Source: Leidyana gryllorum EB-2025a (lineage: Eukaryota > Protista > Apicomplexa). From it: DNA of 64,000 nucleotides. The notes beneath the pieces were generated by a model that did not search any database, was not told the origin of the DNA, and worked only from the letters and a program-made list of their open reading frames with translations. The stretch is taken from contig JBLWGC010000208.1 in the NCBI GenBank assembly GCA_048772705.1, forward strand, positions 124,001 to 188,000, written 5' to 3'. Each line of letters begins with the position of its first letter. Position 1 is the stretch's first letter. The translations under genes and the position numbers were made by a program. This document shows, piece by piece, positions 1 to 14,900 of this stretch.

Positions 1-15
1 ACGTCGAGTTCCGAA

Positions 16-2160
16 ATGGGAGGAGAGATCGTTGATCTACGATCAAGTAATGTTATGAGCTCAGAAGAGTCGTTGGCCAGTTCGTGCCGCGCAGCAACTG
101 AGACTCAGCGATCGACGAATGCGGCCCCGCTGTCTCCGATGCCTGAAGAGGATCCCCTGATTTCTATACTAAAAGACGAGGAAGTGGCCCCACAGGCGCC
201 TTCCTCGGCTTTGGAGTCAAACATCACCCCGTCGCCACACGATCCACCCACCCCCCTCGAGAATTGGAAGCCTAAAGTTGTATATCCTTTACTATCCTCT
301 GCGAACGACACAGCTCGATGCGGAGGGCCAGCAGAAGACGATCTGGAGGTGGGAGACGAAATGGAACCCGGAGAAGACGAGGAGATAAAGTCAAGCACGT
401 CGTCGGACGCGGTTGAGTCTACACCGACACTGTGTTGGCGGCAACAGCACAGCATCGAAGTTGTGCCTCAACGTCCTCCAACACCTCGTGACAATGAAAT
501 GCCTTCGATGACCTTTCCTTCGAAGAGTCCCTCATCTCCCGGAACGCCTCCCACGGGACTCCTGACTGAACTGCGTGTTCCTCTACAACACAAAGTGTCA
601 ACCCCCCCTGTTCGTAGCGATGAGGAGCCGATGTGTTCTCCATCAGGGTTTGGTCCGTCGATTCGAGCCGCTTATGCCCCAATTCAACCCAATACGCCGC
701 AGTCCCCCGTGAACTTCACAGGACTGAGTCTTCTCGCCGAGTTGGAGAATGGACAGACCACCACACCCTCCGTTTTTATCAGTCGGCCCAGCATGGCTTC
801 ATCCGAGAAGAAGACCCTTCCCTCCCAAGATGTCAGTCGCGCCCGTACGCGGCGCAGTTCGCAATTGTTCAACGTATTCGCGAATTCAATAAAGAACCTT
901 CTTGGTGGAGAGGCACACAATTCCGATCAGCAAGCACCACGACCCCTGTCCAAGAACTCTGTACAGCGTCGGAGACACAGCTTAGCCGCTACACCTCAAT
1001 CTCAATCATGTGCGGTGGCCCAATTAGCAGATTTCTTGGAGACGCGTCGGCGTATGATCGATTTGAGCAATAAGCTCGCTCGCGCCGACGACTCTGACGA
1101 TAACAAGGTTGACTCCGACCCCCCATTGACGCCTCAGCCGCTGTTCGTTCCGAAGCCTGAAAACGGCCCACTGGGCCCGAGAAGAGCTTCTTGTGCTCTC
1201 CTCCGACCCTCTTACATTCCTGGGAATGATGTCCTACCTGTATGCCGGTCCGCTCAACAGTGGCCGTCCATTGCCCCCTCCGAAACAGGTTGGAGACGTA
1301 AAGATCTTTCTCCACCGAATTTCCCTCATCGAGCTTTTTCCCACTCCGGCCCCTTCTCCAGTCGGGAGAGGCGCCCTCCACATTTATCGCCATCGAGCCG
1401 TAATCCGGATGCTCCTCCAAGACCTCCGCCGCTTCCTCCCCTGGAGCGTGCGACTACACTGGAGCGACTGAGCGAGCGTCTCGGGTCGAATGTTCGCCTT
1501 GCAAGTGGCTCAAGGCCACACTACGATCATCGTCATAACACAACAATGGAGTCAGCGATGGGGTCAGCTTTGATCGCCAACAGCCCGGGAGCAACGGGTA
1601 CAACGGCATCGACAGAGTTACATCGGTTGTCGGCACCTCAAAAGCTTGAGACTCACGCATCATTGGGGCGGCACTTAAGTGCACATGAAGTGCCTTTTGA
1701 AGGCTCGAGTTTCGGGCCCGTGGGGGTACATCCCCAGCGTAAGGCTCCGATGAATGAGATGGGTGTTGGGACTACGAGAGTCGGCATGATGGATGAGGAT
1801 ACTCAGACGGACTTTGTACTACTGAGCGATGCTTGCTGCCAGACAGAAGATTGTCGGCTTCTGAAGGTCCACAAGGGTACGCAGACGGACCCGCTGGAAG
1901 AGATTCCCAACATTCCAATCGGGATTCAGACACCACCAATGGTGCTTCTTTCAACACATCGAGGCGGAAGCGGTGAGACGGAGTGCGACTCTGCTACGGA
2001 GGTGTTTGTACCACAGGCATCGAAGAGAAATCTGAAGGTAAATACACCGCCTGCCTTCGGTACGAGGCCCACTATTGCACCAGGAAGTTTCAGCAGTTTC
2101 ACTAACGAGCACAGAGTTAAAGTCAAAGAGTCGTCGACCCTACTTATTCCACCCCGATGA
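16..2160 (+). CDS. Hypothetical Ser/Pro-rich low-complexity protein (714 aa; may extend upstream of the window)
   Basis: Long uninterrupted ORF; no recognisable domain; its stop lies 14 bp from the convergent CDPK stop. Confidence 0.7.
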   Translation: MGGEIVDLRSSNVMSSEESLASSCRAATETQRSTNAAPLSPMPEEDPLISILKDEEVAPQAPSSALESNITPSPHDPPTPLENWKPKVVYPLLSSANDTARCGGPAEDDLEVGDEMEPGEDEEIKSSTSSDAVESTPTLCWRQQHSIEVVPQRPPTPRDNEMPSMTFPSKSPSSPGTPPTGLLTELRVPLQHKVSTPPVRSDEEPMCSPSGFGPSIRAAYAPIQPNTPQSPVNFTGLSLLAELENGQTTTPSVFISRPSMASSEKKTLPSQDVSRARTRRSSQLFNVFANSIKNLLGGEAHNSDQQAPRPLSKNSVQRRRHSLAATPQSQSCAVAQLADFLETRRRMIDLSNKLARADDSDDNKVDSDPPLTPQPLFVPKPENGPLGPRRASCALLRPSYIPGNDVLPVCRSAQQWPSIAPSETGWRRKDLSPPNFPHRAFSHSGPFSSRERRPPHLSPSSRNPDAPPRPPPLPPLERATTLERLSERLGSNVRLASGSRPHYDHRHNTTMESAMGSALIANSPGATGTTASTELHRLSAPQKLETHASLGRHLSAHEVPFEGSSFGPVGVHPQRKAPMNEMGVGTTRVGMMDEDTQTDFVLLSDACCQTEDCRLLKVHKGTQTDPLEEIPNIPIGIQTPPMVLLSTHRGGSGETECDSATEVFVPQASKRNLKVNTPPAFGTRPTIAPGSFSSFTNEHRVKVKESSTLLIPPR

Positions 2161-2174
2161 CAACAGTTTTTGTT

Positions 2175-4694
<2,520 letters not shown>

Positions 4695-4838
4695 ATCCTT
4701 TTCCTTTATTCTCTCAGCACTGCATATGCCAGGTGTGTTTAGTGTGTCTTCTCAGTTCGAGGAGCATGCACAACTTGATCGCAAGGATCTCGCCAGCCAG
4801 CTGCCAGCAAGATGCAAAACCACCACCGTCAAAAAAGC

Positions 4839-5328
4839 TTACAACCCAAAGTGGACACTGCTGTGATTCTCGATACCCAACTGCTGTGACACGCGACGTT
4901 CTTGACTTGCTCGTGCTCGTCGGTGTCGATTCTCATGAGCTGCTTCAGGTGTTTTCTGTCTTTGAGCGTCCAATAACGAGCTCCTCTGTTGCTCCAGATC
5001 GTAAACCCTCTGCTCCAACTTGCCCAACTCTCGTCTGTGGGCAGTCATGGCGGATGTATCTGCGATTGATGACATTCACTTTCCATAAGATTCCACTCTG
5101 TCTACACTCACTTGTCCTCACAGTGGCTCCTCTCGTAGTCGAAATGCGACCTTTCTGCGGCTCTCCGTCCTCGTTCACCTTCTTCAACTCTCTAATTTGA
5201 CCTCTCAGCATATCGATCTCGTGCGTCAGATGGTCGTACTCTTGACGTTCGTCCGGCTTCAGGTGACGCAAAGGACCCGGCATACCGCGCTGGGCGTGAC
5301 TGGGGGGTTGGAATTGAGTATTGCTCAT
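4839..5328 (-). CDS. Small coiled-coil hypothetical protein (2 exons)
   Basis: ORFs 4945..5328 and 4839..5075 join in frame through a GTGAGT...CGCAG intron (about 5111-5061); heptad-like segments. Confidence 0.55.
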
Positions 5329-5415
5329 CTTCTATCACTTCGTTATTAGATATACTACGTTAGTTACACGTTGCACATTTATCTCAGTGCGGGGGGGAGT
5401 TTGCATTCAGCCAAC

Positions 5416-5646
5416 ATGTCGTGCCAAAATAGTCGCACCGGGACCTGCATGGCCCATCCCTCTGATGCCTTGCCCTTCGTATTCTGGATTCCGGAGCTCC
5501 TTGGGCTCTGCATTGCCTTCGGGCTTGTTTTAATGGTCCTCTTGTTCACCATACAAGACACCGGTACAGAGGGCATGGGGGACAGCATCTTTATTTACCT
5601 TCTGCTTCTCGACCGCAGGCGAGCGCGCCGTCGTCGCCGATGTTAG
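5416..5646 (+). CDS. Possible small membrane protein
   Basis: Hydrophobic stretch LLGLCIAFGLVLMVLLFTI followed by an Arg-rich tail; no homology recognised. Confidence 0.3.
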   Translation: MSCQNSRTGTCMAHPSDALPFVFWIPELLGLCIAFGLVLMVLLFTIQDTGTEGMGDSIFIYLLLLDRRRARRRRRC

Positions 5647-5991
5647 CCTCCCCGTCCCCTCCGGATCACAAAGACGATACCCAACGTACGAGCGGAACCA
5701 TGAATTGGTTCGCAGGCACGACTTGATCCGAAAGTCTTCACGGATGCTGTGATGGGGTACACGATTTCTGATACAAACTTCTTCTCTCACTTAATCTTTG
5801 GTCTGACTTCTAACATCTTCAATACAAAGATCGCATCGAGCCTAATCCGCGGGGGCGGAGAAGTGATTCGCCTAAGATCTCTCGAAACATTTGTTGCGTA
5901 CAAATTAGCCTGAAGATCCATCGCGGACGAGAGATTTATGTTCGCTCACTATATGAGGGTTTGAATGTAAATGTTGTTGCTTTAATGACGG

Positions 5992-8900
5992 TTACGGAGG
6001 GGTAAAAAACGTGTCTGAAGATTTGAGACGACCTGGCTGTGTGCGATGGATGGTTAGCTGACTGCCTCGTTCCAAAGCCAACATGAGCGCTTCACGGTGT
6101 TTGGGGCATCGCAGTCGCGCGACAGCGAAGCGAGTGTCTTCAGACGTGCCTATCAGTGCATGTCGGAAGTCTGGAATAACAAGTGGGGGCAGGGATTGGG
6201 ACATTCTGCTGGGAAGTAAAGGTTCTTGGTCGTGCATTGCAGCCATGGCACGGTTCAGGGCCTCGACTGTCGCTCTCAGCGTGCCTGTCGCTTGGTCCGC
6301 ATCTGCAAAGGGGGGAAGGGGAATGTCGGCCAGACAAGAAAAGTTTGCTCTCACCATGAACAAGTAGGGTATCGTGTTGGGGCTCGTTGATGAGGGTTGG
6401 GTCCAGACTGGGTGGTGGCAGCCCATTGAGCGGCGGGGCAGGTGGACCGAACTGATCCTCGGACCACACCATCAGCGACCCGAAGAGTGAGACGGAGAAC
6501 GGGCGCCGCAAGCCTAGCTGTACTTTGCGCGAGGCGAAACAAGAATGTAATGGTCGGGGGCTAAGCGATACAAAGAGAGCTACCCGGATACTTGGCAACA
6601 GTTGACGAGCGCGAGCGTGGAGTTCTGCCTCAAACCTCACAACCTATGTTCAGCTCATTATTGCACTACCTCCTTGTGATATGTACTTACGCGAGGTACG
6701 TGGCCCAGGACCTCCATACTCAACGAGGAGGTCGATCGCAAACCACATCTCGATGCTGTGCAATCGTCCAAGTCGGTAATAGATGGCAGGAGGTCCACCA
6801 AAAGAGGCTAAAGAAGAAAGCTTTTGGGACGAACCGTAGTGGATCACAATTCTCACCTCAATGTGTGCAGGCAGCAGTACTACGGGCACCCGCAAGGGTG
6901 TGACTGCACTGAGCAACAGGGGCAACGTGGCGGCCTCATCTTCAGCCCGCGAAGATCGAATAAAACTTCCCTCCATCGGTATCTCCGCCCATGGTGAGGA
7001 AGGAGCACTTGGTTTGTCAAAGTAATTCTCTTTGCATTTAGCACAGATGTTCTTCAATCGCCGAGCCTTTAGTACACACTCCGTGAAATGCGTCAAAGTG
7101 CGGTATCTACCCTCTGCTCCAACGAGTCTGGCTGGAGGCTGTTCGTGCCGTACGAACTTCCCAATACATCTCATCAAACAATCGAAACTGTTACTCTCCA
7201 TCTCTGAATTATGGCAGATCAGTGTGGGGGTGACGTAGCCATCCTCCAATTTGCTCCCGACAGCCTGTAACGGTCCCCACCAAGCGGCTGTGGCTGCAAC
7301 GACAGGAAAGATAGAGCGTTTACATCACCTTAAATTCTTTCTTACTTTTGAGTTTGTCTTCCAAGAAGAGCCGCTTTTGGTGCAGATCCAGCGGGGCCCG
7401 ACAGGTGGAGAGTTCGGGAAGTAGTTTGAGTAGCATTGTCGCCGAAGGCAACGCGGAAGCCGGGATTTGAGACTTCATCCCCACCTCCTGCGGTTGCTCC
7501 GAGGAGAAGAATAGTCCTGTTTGGGAGTTAGCATTGGCTCTCTCTCCCTCTCCGTAAGATCGAGTGAATATATGGTTACTCAGTCGCGAGCCCAACAGCT
7601 TCTGCAAACCTAAACGAAACAGACGAGAGATAGTGGATAATAGAGCGAGCAGCCGGTCCCTTACTGTCAGTAGCACCCGAGAAAACTTCTTCGCTCGAGT
7701 CCACAGGGCCCTGGTTGGTGAAGTGGAGAAACTTGCTGAACACCAACATTGGAGCGTAAACAGCCTTTGCCCCATCGGCTTCTGCCGCAAGCAGACGGGG
7801 ATGTCCCAGCAAACTCAGGTGGAACGGCGAGACAACAAAGTGGGCAGCAAGTGAGGGCAGAAGCGCTTCAACAGTGTTGGGTGGTTGCCTCATATATACG
7901 GACTTATAGAGATTCTCGTTTGTCCTGATATTGTTGAGATACTTCAAGGCTTCCTGTGGATTGGCAGCGAGTGGCGTGCCTTCGCCTGGTTGACCGAGAC
8001 TCAGCATTACAGTTTGCATCACGTGCTCATACAGATCGAGGACAGTCGAGCTGATGGCTTTGGTACGACGGCACAGTCCCAGGAGCTGCTCTCTGGTCTC
8101 AGGGAACAGTTGATGAGTGACCCAGCTGGCCAATTGGGGCGAAGAGGTGGTGTGAGTATGCGCCAGCCCCCGTCTCGAAGCATGCGACAATATCAAACTG
8201 GGACCCACGGCGTTGCTCATCCACTGTGCCCGATGATACTCGGCCTGTCTCAATCCCCTGGCCTCCACCGGGGTCGAGCACTCTGGCATATAGGGGCTCG
8301 CAGAAGAAGATTCCTCATTCGGTCGCGGAGTCAGAACTCCCTGGCCCACCTCCATCTTCACTCCGAATTTCGCTTCAATTTTACACGCCGACGTGGTGAG
8401 ATCCTCGCTCAACACCAGGGACGAACAAAATCCTTGTAATGCCAGTCTCTGAACAAAAGCTTCGACGGACGTCCGACTCTCCGTCAAAAGGAGACGAGCG
8501 TGCTGCAAATTCGTCTTGAGGCCCTCCAGGAGTCTATCCACCCGTCGGATTGCCAGTGGTGCATCGTTAGCTTCTCGCATAATGAAGGCCCGCAGGAGTG
8601 GATGCAGGCAGGGCGGCAACGCGTTCAATAGTTGTTCCTGAGCTGGGAGGCCACTTGCACCGCTCCTCACGAATTGCTTGCCCAAGCCGAACAATCGGTG
8701 AGTCGTCGCCGACAATGGCGCCAAAACGAAACCGCCCGAAGTGGAGTCGTAGGCAACAGGTTGGTGGTGTGGGGCATTATATGGGTCTCCTGAAAGGGAC
8801 ATGAACGAACGGTGTACGAAACTGTATATGAGCTTACCTTTGCAGGGTAACAAAGTCACCACCAACTCCCACATGGCGCGGTAGAAGGCTTTCGGTAACC

Positions 8901-11900
8901 CGGTGGAGTTCAAAAAGGCGCTGACGGCTTGCCACGCAGCTGGGAAGGTGTGAAGAACCTCCAAAGCCCAATGTGCTTCTTGTGTGCCGAACGGGCGAGC
9001 ATTTGGTATTAATTTGTATAGTAATTGGACTTGCAAGAGACTTTGATATGTTGCCTCCGTTGCAAAGGGTTTTACGCTACCAACCAGAGGAGAAATTCCC
9101 AACATCAGCAACAAGAGCTGCTCAACAGCATTGTACCATGCCGGACTGACCTTCCTCCCTGGCCCGAGAGAAGTCACCATATTGTGCATACTCAGCGCCT
9201 CTTCACTCGCAACAACAACACTCGGACTACCAAACAGCACTTCGTGCATTTCGGTACAGATCAAAGCTTGTTGCATTATATATACTGTCCACGTGGCCAC
9301 TGCCCTCCCGACTTCGACTCGAGGCGCGTGAGCAATGTCCAAAAGGCCGAACGGAGTCGGGAACCCCAGTAGCTGGACAAAGTCCGGAAGAGGGGCTCGT
9401 GAGATGAAGGCGGTCAGCTCCGGCGGAAGGGCCGGGAAGTAGAAGAGACGAGGGAAAAAGGCCAACGGTATGCGTTCTGGCTCCGTCTGCACAATCTCCC
9501 GGAGGAGATCGCCCACTGTGGAGTCGATTTTGGTCAACATGTCCACCAATTGAGCGAAAGTGTGAAGATTCTCCATCCTCGATTCAGGACTAAAGTCGGC
9601 GCGGCCGGGCATCAGTAGCTCCCCGATCCGTCTCTTCCAGCCCACCAACGTCTTGAGAGTAACAGGACACGAACTGCATCGCCGGATCATCAAGGGTGTG
9701 TCCCAGAAATGGAACAGGACATGAGCTGGAGCAGCACGCTGTGCGCGTCCCTGTCGACGGGCAGTCTCGAACAGGTGGTGGCCGACTCTCAACAAGTTGT
9801 TACATTTCACTCGATACGCAGCGACTTGATCGTCGATCATACCCGACACTGATACCCGTTCACGGTAGGCCATTGCCAGAATCTCCAACGAAGGATGAAT
9901 GACCCGAGTGCAAGTGGTGAGCTCATTAGCCTGGTCGAGTAGGGGTAGCAGTACTTCGTCGGTCAACACCACTCCAGCCGCTCCGCTCAACAGTTGTTGA
10001 CACCGATCGGTCAGTGGTTGGAAAGCCATCCGTTGTTGTTGGAAGTCACCCAAATCGAAGAGACAGAGCCTCGGCGGATGGGTGCTGACAAAAACACTCC
10101 GCATCTCGATCGCTTTCAATATGGCTTCAACATCGGCCAAGTTGCGAGTGCGCTGGAGGAAATCGCGGTATGACTCAAAAAATCCAGTCAACTCTGGTGT
10201 CGGCGTTGTGATGTTAGGCAACAGCTTAACGATCCCATGGGCCCGCGTTGCCTCCAAAGTTTCCACCGGGAACCAGCGAGCCACCAGTTGCTCTACCCGA
10301 CCCAACACATCAGAGGCCACTCTATATGGGATCGTAGATCCTCCCGCATCAGCTGATACACTTATACGTAGTGCCACCAGTTTGATGCAGACCGCTACGC
10401 ATTTGGGCAATGAGAACTGATTCTTGGAACTCCACTCGAAGTGTCGCCGCAATGTCTCGCTCACATCCGGCATAGCCGCAACCAAAGGAGCTATAGGGGC
10501 CCCTTCAGCTGCCGCGAGCAGTATAAGTGGATGCAAGAATTTCAAACGGGTTTCCATAGCACAACTTCCGATAGTTCGTCGACCTCGTACCGCCACACAA
10601 ATGAGCACAACCTCATCCATGTGCAACGACCACAGCAATTTGGTGCCAAGCAGCCGAACCGACTTTGGCTCGAAATCGTTGTCCACTATCAGCTTTGAGA
10701 GGTGCGACACCACGTTGACTGCAGGTGGGGGGGCGTGACCACCGGAGGTACCAATTGCGGATAGCAGAGATGTGATGAAGCTCTCAACCCAAATAACTTC
10801 GTGCACAGTCTCCTCCACAGCCCGCCAACCCGCCGGGAAGGTAACCCGTCCGCCTTCCGGGACCAAAATCAGTCCCTGAGCACTCACATTCCCCGCGTCC
10901 AGTGATCTCTCGCCTGCCGCCACCAAAGAGCTCAGTGGTGGCAGTTCTCGCAAAGAGGGGAGGTTCACACAGTTCATCAAGCTGTCAGGAATGTCCAGAG
11001 GGCACACGGCTTCAGCCAAAACTGAGCATCGTGTACGGATTGTGGCGAGATTTGAGAGTGCAACAGCACCGGACTCCGGGACGGGCGAAGGGATACTCTC
11101 CATGCGGCAATTCGCCATATCGTATAGTGCCAAGCTTCTTTTTATCTCCAGTATGAAGGCTCCACCCAACAACAGATCCGCAACTCCAACACTCTGTCGA
11201 ATTATAGGGGCCACGCGAGCCCAATCGCGAGCCAGAAGACCGAAGAGGAGGTCTGGAAAGCTGTGAGTGTCCTGTTCATTCAGCATGTCAACAATTCGTT
11301 GCCGAAGGCTGATGAAGTTTTGTCCCAGTACTCTTAGCCGCTCAAAGTTCCTCCCGCGCCCAGGCGCTCCTGCGCTGGTTGCTACTGTGGACGGGGAATG
11401 ATCATCGCCTGTCTCTGACTGAGTCTCTTTGGGCCCGTCGGGTTGACAGGGTGCCAACGCGAGAGCAGCTTGCTCCAGCCATGCCGAGTGGTCAGCTGCC
11501 AGAGCTAAAGCGCGTCGCAGAGACGCAATGGAGGTTACCGCGCCATTACCTCCGGCTCCACTCACATCAATGGTGTCATCGTCCATCGATATCTCGGATG
11601 CTGTAATCGCGTCTGACCGACAGGTCGTGGGCACCGTAAGGAGACCGAGACCTCGCAGCAGATTAGTTCGACCCCTAACCAGATTCAAGAAAGCAGTCAA
11701 CTCCATCTGAGTCTCGGCCGCAGCGGTCTCCAAGTCACGCCGGCCGGAACACAACTCTGGGGCCGGAGGCTCGTGACATAAGATTTCCTCGTCCGAGTGA
11801 ACTGCCGTACCAACCCCCTGTACCCAGGCAGCTAACAAGACGGGAGGCAGATTTACTTCAGCCAGAGTTCGACGCCAACTTATCTCGTCTTCAGCGGTGC

Positions 11901-14900
11901 TCACGAAACCATCAATGGCGGTCAAGAACGGGTTCATGGGCGTTGCTCCTGGTTTGCGTACTCCTGAAGGTTCAAAGGCCTGATACGCACTGACCTCCAC
12001 GTCATTTCTTGTGAGATCCAGTCGACTTATTTCGCTCCGCACATACCGGAGTGCATCACCCAAGACGGTGCTCATAACACTCCTCACGGACCCCCCGTTG
12101 GCAGTGATCAGACGCATCGCATCCATGACAGCCGCCTGACCAGGGATTGCACTTCCCGCTAGCGGTGCCCAAGTCCCACTCTTAGTCTGTGCATCCAGAT
12201 TATAGGTCGAGGAGCACTTGAGGGCGCTCAGGACCATATCCGTCGGGCAATCGAAGCCATTAGCCATCGGAGGTAGAAGGAGGAGACGGCACGTTCCCCG
12301 ACACACTCGATAACATAGGCAAAGCTGTGGTGCCAAGCGCAGTGCCTCACAGTAAGCAGTTGCATTCTCTCCTCCCAAAAGCAATGCTTGGAGCTCTCCA
12401 GCAAGATCTCCTACGACACCCTCGTGCCCATTACACTGAACGTTGCGCAATCGTTGGGAAACAAGATTCAACATGAGGGTCTCAGAGGCAAATAGTTCTT
12501 CCGGTTTGCTCAACCCCTTCAACCAGGGAACCAGCTCTGATATGGCTGCCGAGCGCCATTGACACTCCTGCAGTATCGATGTGGCTTCATCATACAAGAT
12601 TCGCGCCGCAGGCGACAAAGAGGCTGGCCCTGCTAAGGTGTCAACTTCCGCAACAGTGGCAGCCAGGTTCGCCAAAGAGCTCACTCCACCGAGCGACAAA
12701 TCACGGTGAACTTGGACGATAGTTTCTTGCGCTCGAGCCTGCCATGTCGCCTGACGTACAATGGCAAAGACACTCTTGTCGAATGAAGAGTCTACATTCG
12801 CGGGTACTTTGTCGAGTAGGGCTTGGAGACTTTTGTGGAGGGTTATCACAAGAGGGCCGAGAGGCTCGCCGCCTTGCTCCGGCAGGGGAGGGATCAAGAA
12901 ATGGCGAACCAGTCCCAAGATGGACAAACATCGCAACATTAGCAGATGGACAAAGGAAGTTGGCCAAGGAATATTGATGGGCAACCGCACTTCGGATGGA
13001 GAAGAGCTCAATTCTTGTTGGAGGCTCTCGGGGAATTCATTTTCGGGAAGAATAGTCAATAACCCCATATCGATAGACTGCTTCCAGGATGCCAAGTCAG
13101 TCGGAGGCGACTGATTCACAGAGGATAGGATGGCCAGCACAGCTTTGCGAAGTAACCACAGAAGCGTACACCCCGCACTGCACCATCTCTTATCAGGACC
13201 AGTGTCGACTCGCAAAGTCGACAACTGTAGTAGCCAGGAACGCTCCTCTTCGGAAGACAAAACCTGTGCTCCGCCTCCCGCCACCTCCGCACAGAGCCTC
13301 TCAAAGGTTTCGATCATTTCCGTCTCCTCTTGAATTGGTGCCGTGGCTCCAACACTGCGAGGATGGAACCTTGGGTCCAGAGACACTCGCGCTAGAATAT
13401 GAGCTGCCACTGCCCGCAAAGGCACCGTAGTACGCAGTACATTACTGTTAAGAAGAACGAGATACCCGACGTAGCCTTGCAGACGTTCGGCCACCCTTTT
13501 CACTTGCGCTGAGACCATCACCGTAGGTTCACTAACTACATTGGACGGCTCCGCTGTGGTGGACGCATTCGAGGCAGTGGTCGCGGCCAGGCACGCCTCG
13601 CAGTGTAGTTCGGGCGAGAGTGTCAGACATTCCACATCGCGTGCCTTGACACAGCCGGGGGACTCCCCTTCCAGCCCATCAGGAAGGACAGAGGGCGGAC
13701 GATTCTGTGCGACTTCGAACAAGTCACCAGCCTGGATCAACCAGCTGTCGAACTCGTGCAGACGAGTCGGAGGCAGCTTTGCTGCCCGTCTTCGGGCACT
13801 CTCCAATGCGGAGCTCGCCTCCGTCCCAAGAGCCAAGCATACTTCATCGATAATTTCTCTGTCTAAGCTGTGTTTAGTGTTTGCGCCAACTTCATCTACC
13901 CCTCGGGTGGCCTTCACAAACGCTTCCAGCGAGACGAGAAAGTCCCTAGCAGCTATAAGAGAATTCAAGACGAGGCTTTGCTGTGTGGTCTCTCTGGTGA
14001 ACGGGAGCGCGGCGTAATCCATTTGCAGTTCCAGCGGTAAGGCAATCTGTCGCGCCACACAGAGCAAGCATGGCGGGCGTAAGATGGGCAATTTCAGCAA
14101 GATCTCCTCTGTGTTGACTTCCCTCAATCCTCTGTTACCGTCCGCTGGATTCCCAAGATCACCAGAGTTATCCCGCTTGGAAGTATAGTATACTTGCAAC
14201 AAACTCGCCGTCTCCAGAATGGGGATGCTGAAGGACAGCCGGGTTTCGAAATCCTGACAACTTTTCACCCAGCTGTCCAGTTCGGTCAACTCGGGCAGGG
14301 GGACTCCTATGGCCTGGCCCGCTTGCTGGAGCTCGACGGCCTGTCGTAGTGGGACTTGGTTGGTGAAGGCCAGTTTCCCTCCGCCGGTGGACTCTGCAGC
14401 AGGCTCTTCTTTGGCTGTCGGCCGCAGGAAGCCAGTCTCTCCCGCCACCTTGACTGCGCCGCCCGCAGTCAACTTGAGCTTCCCGCGTTTTCGGGTGGCT
14501 ATTTTCTCGGCAACTTCGGTAGGGGCAATCATGGCTCGTAGTTTGGCATATTGACGTCTCCATTGGTCGATCTGTGATACAAGATTGGGGAAATTTCTGA
14601 GAGTCTCTGAAGTGTATTTCCCTGCCAAAGCCAACACATCCGCCGGGAAAGAGATCCCGTCGCTCGAAGAAGAAGGATCCTTCACGGCATTATCTTCCAC
14701 CAGCTGTCCTGGCAGGAAGACTCGGACGAAAGCTTTGAGACTCTTCAAGTCTTTCATCGAACTTCGCCCAAGCTCTTCGGCTTTCTCTCCTAATTGTAGC
14801 AATGTTTCCAGTTCCTCTCGCCGCTTAGAGATATCAGTGGCATCGCGGGGCAGCTCGAGACTGCGCATCCTCTCTAATAGGGCTCGGACTTGGTCGAGGT